From Thermotogota bacterium (GTDB lineage Bacteria; Thermotogota; Thermotogae; MWEM01): a DNA stretch of 64,000 nt. The stretch covers positions 119,007 to 183,006 of the forward strand of contig DAOPKN010000001.1 in the NCBI GenBank assembly GCA_035391225.1, in the 5' to 3' direction. Positions within the stretch are counted from its first letter, which is position 1; each line of letters starts with the position of its first letter. Made by a program: the position numbers and the translations under genes. The notes under the pieces are model-generated. The model searched no databases, was not told the origin of the DNA, and saw only the letters and a list, made by a program, of their open reading frames with translations. Below, piece by piece: positions 58,124 through 64,000 of this stretch.

Positions 58124-59320
58124 ATGGCGAAAGAAAAGTTTGAAAGAAACAAACCCCATTTGAACATTGGAACCATCGGACACATCGACCACGGGAAAAC
58201 CACGCTGACCGCAGCGATTACCAAGGGTCTTGGAATGAAAGGGCTTGCCGATTTCACTCCCTTCGAAATGATCGACAAGGCCCCGGAAGAAAAGGCCCGT
58301 GGAATCACGATCAACGTGACGCACGTGGAATACCAGACAGAAGCTCGCCACTACGCCCACATTGACTGTCCGGGTCACGCTGACTACATCAAGAACATGA
58401 TCACCGGTGCCGCGCAGATGGACGGTGCGATCCTCGTGGTGGCTGCCACGGACGGACCCATGCCCCAAACCCGTGAACACGTGCTCCTGGCGCGCCAGGT
58501 TAACGTGCCCGCGATTGTGGTGTACTTGAACAAGGTCGACATGGTGGACGATGAAGAACTCATCGACCTCGTGGAAATGGAAGTACGTGACCTTCTCTCC
58601 AAGTACGAGTTCCCCGGAGACGATTTGCCGGTGATCCGTGGCTCCGCTCTGAAAGCAGGAGAAGCTGACACGGCTGACGACAAGTGGATGGCAAGTATCT
58701 ACGAGCTGATGCAGGCATGCGATGACTACATCCCCGAACCCAAACGTGAAACCGACAAACCTTTCCTGATGCCCATCGAAGACATCTTCACCATCACCGG
58801 GCGCGGAACGGTTGTTACCGGAAGGATCGAACGTGGCGCGGTGCATACCGGCGACGAAGTGGAAATCGTGGGGCTTACGCCCACCACCAAAACCGTGGTA
58901 ACGGGTGTCGAAATGTTCCGCAAGCTGCTGGACGAAGGAATGGCCGGAGACAACGTGGGGTGTTTGCTGCGCGGTGTGAAAAAGACGGAAGTCTTCCGCG
59001 GGCAGGTGCTTGCAAAACCCGGATCCATCACCCCTCATACCCACTTCAAGGCAAATATCTACGTGTTGAAAAAAGAAGAGGGTGGACGCCATACACCGTT
59101 TACCAAGGGTTATCGACCCCAGTTCTTCATGAAGACCGCTGATATCACGGGCGAAATCCTGGACCTGGGAGAAGACGTGGAAATGGTTATGCCCGGGGAC
59201 AACGTGGTCATGGAAGTACGCCTGATCAAGCCCGTTGCCTGTGAAAAAGGGATGCGCTTCGCGGTTCGCGAAGGCGGTCGCACGGTAGGCGCGGGGGTTG
59301 TTGCCGATATCATCGAGTAA
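58124..59320 (+). CDS. tuf: Elongation factor Tu
   Basis: [27 protein letters not shown]; 398 aa. Confidence 0.99.
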   Translation: MAKEKFERNKPHLNIGTIGHIDHGKTTLTAAITKGLGMKGLADFTPFEMIDKAPEEKARGITINVTHVEYQTEARHYAHIDCPGHADYIKNMITGAAQMDGAILVVAATDGPMPQTREHVLLARQVNVPAIVVYLNKVDMVDDEELIDLVEMEVRDLLSKYEFPGDDLPVIRGSALKAGEADTADDKWMASIYELMQACDDYIPEPKRETDKPFLMPIEDIFTITGRGTVVTGRIERGAVHTGDEVEIVGLTPTTKTVVTGVEMFRKLLDEGMAGDNVGCLLRGVKKTEVFRGQVLAKPGSITPHTHFKANIYVLKKEEGGRHTPFTKGYRPQFFMKTADITGEILDLGEDVEMVMPGDNVVMEVRLIKPVACEKGMRFAVREGGRTVGAGVVADIIE

Positions 59321-59330
59321 TTTGGAACGA

Positions 59331-59363
59331 ATAGGGGGAGTTTCCCACTCCCCCCTATTTTTT
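59331..59363 (+). terminator. Rho-independent terminator/attenuator between tuf and rpsJ
   Basis: AGGGGGAG-TTTCCCA-CTCCCCCT then T6. Confidence 0.75.
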
Positions 59364-59389
59364 CGAAGTACGGAGGAGGGAAGCAATTA

Positions 59390-59698
59390 ATGGCTTCACA
59401 GAGAATTCGCATCAGGTTACGGGCATACGATCACGAACTACTTGATCAATCCGCGAAACGAATCGTGGATATCGTCAAGACGACGCAGGCAAAAGTTTCG
59501 GGTCCGATTCCCCTGCCTACGGAAAAAAGCATTTACTGCGTTCTTCGTTCCCCGCACAAGCACAAGGATTCCAGGGAACATTTTGAGAAAAGGGTTCACA
59601 AACGGCTCATAGACATTCTCGACCCCAATCCGAAAACGGTGGAAGCTCTCATGAAAATCGATCTTCCTTCCGGGGTGGATGTCGAAATCAAGTTGTAA
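59390..59698 (+). CDS. rpsJ: 30S ribosomal protein S10
   Basis: [16 protein letters not shown]..., 102 aa. Confidence 0.98.
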   Translation: MASQRIRIRLRAYDHELLDQSAKRIVDIVKTTQAKVSGPIPLPTEKSIYCVLRSPHKHKDSREHFEKRVHKRLIDILDPNPKTVEALMKIDLPSGVDVEIKL

Positions 59699-59711
59699 TG
59701 GAGGTGTACGA

Positions 59712-60353
59712 ATGAGCGGACTCTTGGGTAAGAAAATTGGTATGACGCGCTTGTACCGGGACGGCGTTCTGGTTCCGGTTACGTTGATTCAAGCGGGACC
59801 CTGCACCGTGGTGCAGAAGAAAACGAAGGACACGGATGGCTACAACGCAATCCAGTTGGGGTACGGAAGCAAGAAGGAAAAGAACACCACCAAACCCCTC
59901 AAGGGGCATTTCAAGAAAGCCAACGTGCAGCCGAAGGCCTGGTTGAAAGAGTTCCGGGTCCAAAACCCCGACGATTACGAACTGGGAGAGCAACTCACCG
60001 TGTCGCTCTTCTCCGAATCGGCCAAGATCGACGTGATTGGCTGGACAAAGGGAAGAGGCTATTCGGGGGTCATGAAACGCTGGAACTTCCGCGGAGGAGA
60101 AAAATCGCACGGTTCCAAGTTCCATCGCGGCCTGGGAAGTACGGGACAGCACTCCTATCCCGCCCGCGTGTTTCCCGGCAAAAAGATGCCCGGTCGCTAT
60201 GGAAACGAGAGGGTTACCATCCAGAACCTGGAAATCATCCGCATTGACGAAGAAAACAACGTGGTTGCCGTGAAAGGTTCCATTCCAGGCGCGAAGAACA
60301 GCAAGGTCATCATCCGAAACGCTATCAAGCGAAAAGCGAAGAAAAACAGGTAA
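59712..60353 (+). CDS. rplC: 50S ribosomal protein L3
   Basis: [15 protein letters not shown]...; start at internal ATG with GGAGGTG RBS. Confidence 0.97.
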   Translation: MSGLLGKKIGMTRLYRDGVLVPVTLIQAGPCTVVQKKTKDTDGYNAIQLGYGSKKEKNTTKPLKGHFKKANVQPKAWLKEFRVQNPDDYELGEQLTVSLFSESAKIDVIGWTKGRGYSGVMKRWNFRGGEKSHGSKFHRGLGSTGQHSYPARVFPGKKMPGRYGNERVTIQNLEIIRIDEENNVVAVKGSIPGAKNSKVIIRNAIKRKAKKNR

Positions 60354-60376
60354 CTAAGCCGGGAGGAGGATACATC

Positions 60377-61054
60377 ATGTCAACCGTAAATGTTCTCGAC
60401 CTTAAGGGACAGACCGTTGGCCAGCTCGAATTGCGCGATGACATCTTTGGGATGGAACCCAATCGCGACCTCATGTTCCGTTACGTGGACCAGCAGCTTG
60501 CCAGCAGACGCCAGGGAACAGCTTCCACCAAAACGCGGGCGGAAGTTTCGGGCACGGGGAAGAAACCCTGGCCCCAGAAACACACGCACCGTGCGCGCCA
60601 AGGGTCGTTGCGCGGACCGCACATGCGCCATGGAGGAGTGGCCTTTGGTCCCAAGCCGCGGGACTGGTCCAAGGGATTGAACCGCAAAATGAAAGTACAA
60701 GCCCTCAAATCGGCGTTGAGCACCCGTGTGAAGGAAGGAAACCTGATTGTTTTGGAAGACTTCACCATGGATTCCATCAAGACCAAGGCGTTCAAGCAAG
60801 TTTTGCAAAGCCTTGGAATCGCGGAAACCAAGAGTCTTTTCGTTCTTCCTTACAAGAAGGAGGGGTACTTGAACGTTCGATTGTCGAGCCGGAACCTGGG
60901 CAAGTGCAAGGTACTGATTGCGGATAACCCCGGGATGCCGGAGAGAACAACCATCGATGGATTGAATGTTTTTGACATCATCAACAACGAAAAGTTGGTT
61001 TTAACCCGGGATACGGTGAAGAAGATCGAGGAGGTGTTGGGAAATGGCCGTTAA
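60377..61054 (+). CDS. rplD: 50S ribosomal protein L4
   Basis: Conserved L4 sequence, 225 aa. Confidence 0.96.
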   Translation: MSTVNVLDLKGQTVGQLELRDDIFGMEPNRDLMFRYVDQQLASRRQGTASTKTRAEVSGTGKKPWPQKHTHRARQGSLRGPHMRHGGVAFGPKPRDWSKGLNRKMKVQALKSALSTRVKEGNLIVLEDFTMDSIKTKAFKQVLQSLGIAETKSLFVLPYKKEGYLNVRLSSRNLGKCKVLIADNPGMPERTTIDGLNVFDIINNEKLVLTRDTVKKIEEVLGNGR

Positions 61055-61343
61055 GTTGACAGCATCGGATGTGTTGATCCGACCCATCATCACGGAGAAA
61101 ACCACTTTCAACATGAGCGATCGAAAATATACGTTTGAAGTGAATCGGTTTGCCAATAAATACATGATTCGAAATGCAATCGAGGAGCTTTATAGCGTGA
61201 AGGTTGAAAAGGTGAGCGTCATGAACGTGAAGGGGAAACCCAAACGACGCGGGGTTCTGCAGGGGAAAACCCGGTCATGGAAGAAAGCCATGATCAAGTT
61301 GCAAAAGGGTTTTTCCATTCCGGAACTGGATAACCTTCACTAA
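61044..61343 (+). CDS. rplW: 50S ribosomal protein L23
   Basis: Conserved L23, 99 aa; 11-nt overlap with rplD. Confidence 0.96.
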   Translation: MAVKLTASDVLIRPIITEKTTFNMSDRKYTFEVNRFANKYMIRNAIEELYSVKVEKVSVMNVKGKPKRRGVLQGKTRSWKKAMIKLQKGFSIPELDNLH

Positions 61344-61364
61344 CGGAGGAAAGGGGAGAAGAAA

Positions 61365-62195
61365 ATGGCACTGAAAAAATTTAAACCCACAACCCCCAGC
61401 CGAAGGACCATGGCCATTCCGGATTACGCGGAAATCACCAAGAGCAAGCCGGAAAAAAGCCTTACCGAACCACTGAAGAGAACTGCTGGACGGAACCACC
61501 ATGGGCACGTAACCGTCCGCCACAGGGGTGGAGGGCACAAGCGCCGGTACCGCATCATCGATTTCCGAAGAGAGAAAGACGGCATCGAAGCCAAGACCGT
61601 CTCCATCGAGTACGATCCGAACCGAAGTGCACGCATCGCGCTTTTAGTGTACCGGGACGGGGAAAAGCGATACATCCTTGCCCCAAAGAAATTGCAGGTG
61701 GGGGATATCCTGATGAGCGGTCCGGATGCCGAAATCCGGGTGGGGAACTCGTTGCCGCTTGAAAGGATCCCGGTAGGGACCCTCATCCACGCCGTGGAAA
61801 TGATCCCGGGAAAGGGAGCCCAAATTTCCCGTTCTGCAGGGACTTCGGTGCAGCTCATGGCCAAGGAAGGTGGATATGCGCTGCTGAAGATGCCTTCGGG
61901 CGAGTTGCGCAGGGTTCGCGAAACGTGTAAAGCAACTGTGGGAACCGTTGGGAACGAAGAGAACAGCAACATCGTCCATGGGAAAGCGGGACGAAAGCGC
62001 TGGTTGGGGATCAAACCATCGGTTCGCGGTATGGCGATGAATCCTTGCGACCACCCCCACGGGGGCGGCGAAGGGCGCAGTAAGGGTGGAAACCACCCCC
62101 AGAGTCCGTGGGGTACTCCGGCGAAGGGGTACAAGACCCGCCGGGGAAAACACCAGTCCGACCGCCTGATCGTCCGACGCAGGAACAAAAAATAG
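61365..62195 (+). CDS. rplB: 50S ribosomal protein L2
   Basis: Conserved L2 ([22 protein letters not shown]), 276 aa. Confidence 0.98.
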   Translation: MALKKFKPTTPSRRTMAIPDYAEITKSKPEKSLTEPLKRTAGRNHHGHVTVRHRGGGHKRRYRIIDFRREKDGIEAKTVSIEYDPNRSARIALLVYRDGEKRYILAPKKLQVGDILMSGPDAEIRVGNSLPLERIPVGTLIHAVEMIPGKGAQISRSAGTSVQLMAKEGGYALLKMPSGELRRVRETCKATVGTVGNEENSNIVHGKAGRKRWLGIKPSVRGMAMNPCDHPHGGGEGRSKGGNHPQSPWGTPAKGYKTRRGKHQSDRLIVRRRNKK

Positions 62196-62213
62196 GAAAG
62201 GGGGAACTGAACC

Positions 62214-62498
62214 GTGGGTCGTTCATCCAAAAAGGGCCCGTTTGTCCATCCCAAGCTCCTGAAGAAAATCCGGGAGTTGAACCAGGCCGGGAGAAAAGAA
62301 GTCGTGAAGAGTTGGAGCAGGGCTTCCACCATTATCCCGGAAATGGTGGGACATACGGTAGCCGTGTACAATGGAATCAAGCATATTCCCGTGTACGTGT
62401 CGGAAAACATGGTGGGACACAAGTTGGGGGAATTCTCCTACACCCGCCGTTTTGGGGGACACGTGGATAAAAAGGCAAAAAAGGGAGAAATTAAGTAA
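62214..62498 (+). CDS. rpsS: 30S ribosomal protein S19
   Basis: [10 protein letters not shown]...; GTG start. Confidence 0.97.
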   Translation: MGRSSKKGPFVHPKLLKKIRELNQAGRKEVVKSWSRASTIIPEMVGHTVAVYNGIKHIPVYVSENMVGHKLGEFSYTRRFGGHVDKKAKKGEIK

Positions 62499-62516
62499 TC
62501 CGGAGGAGGATAGCAA

Positions 62517-62942
62517 ATGGCGCAAGAAAAGAGATCCAAAAGATCCGTGCTTCATAGGAATCGCAAGGAACAGCTGGAAAATGCGGTCCAAGACCAGGCC
62601 AAAGCAACTGCCAAGTATCTGCGTCTTTCTCCTCGAAAAGCCCGATCGATTGTGAATGCAATTCGCGGACAGAAAGTGGATAAGGCTTTTGAGATCTTGG
62701 AGTTCTCTCCGAGAAAAGCCGCACGCATCGTGCAGAAGATCCTGAAATCCGCCGTGGCGAATGCAGAGAACAATTTCGACCTGGAAACCGAACACCTTGT
62801 TGTTTCCGAGGCGTATGTAAACGATGGGCCCCGCATGAAACGGGTTTGGCCGCGAGGAAGAGGACGAGCAGATATTTTGATGAAACGAATGAGCCACATC
62901 ACCGTGGTGGTCAAAGACACTTCCAAAAATTTAGCAGGGTAA
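62517..62942 (+). CDS. rplV: 50S ribosomal protein L22 (with N-terminal extension)
   Basis: L22 core [24 protein letters not shown]; 141 aa. Confidence 0.95.
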   Translation: MAQEKRSKRSVLHRNRKEQLENAVQDQAKATAKYLRLSPRKARSIVNAIRGQKVDKAFEILEFSPRKAARIVQKILKSAVANAENNFDLETEHLVVSEAYVNDGPRMKRVWPRGRGRADILMKRMSHITVVVKDTSKNLAG

Positions 62943-62962
62943 GGAGCGAGGTGATTTAAACC

Positions 62963-63631
62963 GTGGGTCAAAAAGTTCACCCAAGAGGATTTCGCTTAGG
63001 AGTTTCCAAGGATTGGGCCTCCCGGTGGTTTGGTGGAAAGAACTATTCCAAGTACCTGATCGAGGACGAAAAGATTCGCCAACACGTTTGGGGACGTAAG
63101 TACTTGATCCAACAGAGGTCGAAAAACGTGGCGATCGAAGCTTCCGGGGACATCGACGAGGTTTACATTGAACGCCCGAGTCCGAGTAAGGTCGTCGTGA
63201 CCGTGCACACCGCGAAACCGGGTGTTGTGATTGGTTCGAAGGGAAAAGAAGTGCAGGCTTTGCGTGCGGAACTGACGCGCCTGACGGGAAAAGAAGTCGT
63301 GGTAAATATCAAGGAAATCAAAACACCCGAGATGGATGCCCTCCTGGTTTCCCAAAATATTGCCGGGATGCTGGAACGGAGAACCTCCCACAAGCGGGCT
63401 ATGAAACGCGTGATGCGTCTTGCGGAACGAAATGGTGCCCAGGGAATCAAGGTCATGGTCGCCGGCAGGCTTGGAGGAGCAGAAATTGCAAGGACCGAGT
63501 GGTATCGCCAAGGGCGAATTCCTTTGCAAACGCTGAAAGCTGACATCGATTACGGTTTTTGCCAAGCGAAAACAAAGACCGGGATCATCGGGGTAAAGGT
63601 CTGGATTTACCACGGCGATGTGAGTCGCTGA
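62963..63631 (+). CDS. rpsC: 30S ribosomal protein S3
   Basis: MGQKVHPRGFRLGV... KH domain; GTG start. Confidence 0.98.
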   Translation: MGQKVHPRGFRLGVSKDWASRWFGGKNYSKYLIEDEKIRQHVWGRKYLIQQRSKNVAIEASGDIDEVYIERPSPSKVVVTVHTAKPGVVIGSKGKEVQALRAELTRLTGKEVVVNIKEIKTPEMDALLVSQNIAGMLERRTSHKRAMKRVMRLAERNGAQGIKVMVAGRLGGAEIARTEWYRQGRIPLQTLKADIDYGFCQAKTKTGIIGVKVWIYHGDVSR

Positions 63632-63667
63632 CACCCGGGATCGGTTTTTTGAGAGGAGGAATTTTGG

Positions 63668-64000
63668 ATGTTAATGCCCAAACGTGTTAAATACCGCAAA
63701 CAGCAAAGGGGCACGATGGCTGGAAAGGCCAAGGGCGGAACCGAAGTCCATTTCGGCGAATGGGGGCTTAAGGCACTGGAACCACGCTGGATTACGGCCC
63801 GCCAGATCGAAGCTTGCCGTGTCGTGATGGTACGTACGCTCAAGCGCTCCGGAAAAGTGCTGATCCGTGTGTTCCCCGATAAGCCCATCACCAAGCGTGC
63901 CCAAGATTCCCGCATGGGAAAGGGAAAAGGAAACGTCGACATGTGGGTTTCCGTTGTGAAGCCTGGGAAGATTCTTTTTGAGATTGCAGGGGTGCCGGAT
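63668..64000 (+). CDS. rplP: 50S ribosomal protein L16 (3' end beyond window)
   Basis: [39 protein letters not shown]...; continues past position 64000. Confidence 0.95.
   Translation, partial: MLMPKRVKYRKQQRGTMAGKAKGGTEVHFGEWGLKALEPRWITARQIEACRVVMVRTLKRSGKVLIRVFPDKPITKRAQDSRMGKGKGNVDMWVSVVKPGKILFEIAGVPD

Overview
This is a GC-rich (~57%), very gene-dense bacterial chromosomal segment, mostly housekeeping. Genes sit in long co-directional strings with many 1-11 nt start/stop overlaps. Order of the main blocks: (1) partial sugar-ABC substrate-binding protein gene at the left edge, which the ORF track missed (minus strand); (2) rny-recX-recA-thpR-pgsA-rimO, a DUF4416-like gene, rodZ-like, tsaC/sua5, yjbQ, minD, nrnA, PAS-GGDEF, an ArsB/NhaD-type permease and a standalone UmuD-like S24 peptidase, all on the minus strand; (3) psuG-HIT pair and a tRNA-Glu/Val/Phe cluster; (4) a long plus-strand string prmC-ruvB-kamD-kamE-ychF, a HEAT-repeat exported protein, then a type IV pilus module (pilC, prepilin-like, pilM/N/O, a Thr-rich membrane protein and a 1412-aa secretin); (5) a minus-strand string dciA(DUF721)-gyrB-ftsQ-ftsA-ftsZ-pilB-hypothetical-HD(dGTPase-like)-capD-like-orphan CoxM-like FAD subunit; (6) short-form dnaE-folD, csp and a MATE exporter; (7) two tandem NuoE/NuoF-type (HndA/B/C-like) flavoprotein modules with no catalytic partner in the window; (8) the str/S10 ribosomal operon, rpsL-rpsG-fusA-tuf-rpsJ-rplC-rplD-rplW-rplB-rpsS-rplV-rpsC-rplP (rplP partial). 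No CRISPR array, rRNA or obvious mobile element was seen. The most unusual items are the double-length PilQ-like secretin with a tandem repeat just upstream, the lysine 5,6-aminomutase genes translationally coupled between ruvB and ychF, pilB coupled to ftsZ inside the division operon, the duplicated NuoEF-type module whose second copy has a cysteine-less N-terminal domain, and the orphan UmuD-like, CoxM-like and PsuG-HIT genes. The short DnaE, DciA-like gene, secretin and anaerobic redox modules suggest a diderm anaerobic (possibly thermophilic, amino-acid-fermenting) lineage, but taxonomy cannot be settled from sequence alone.
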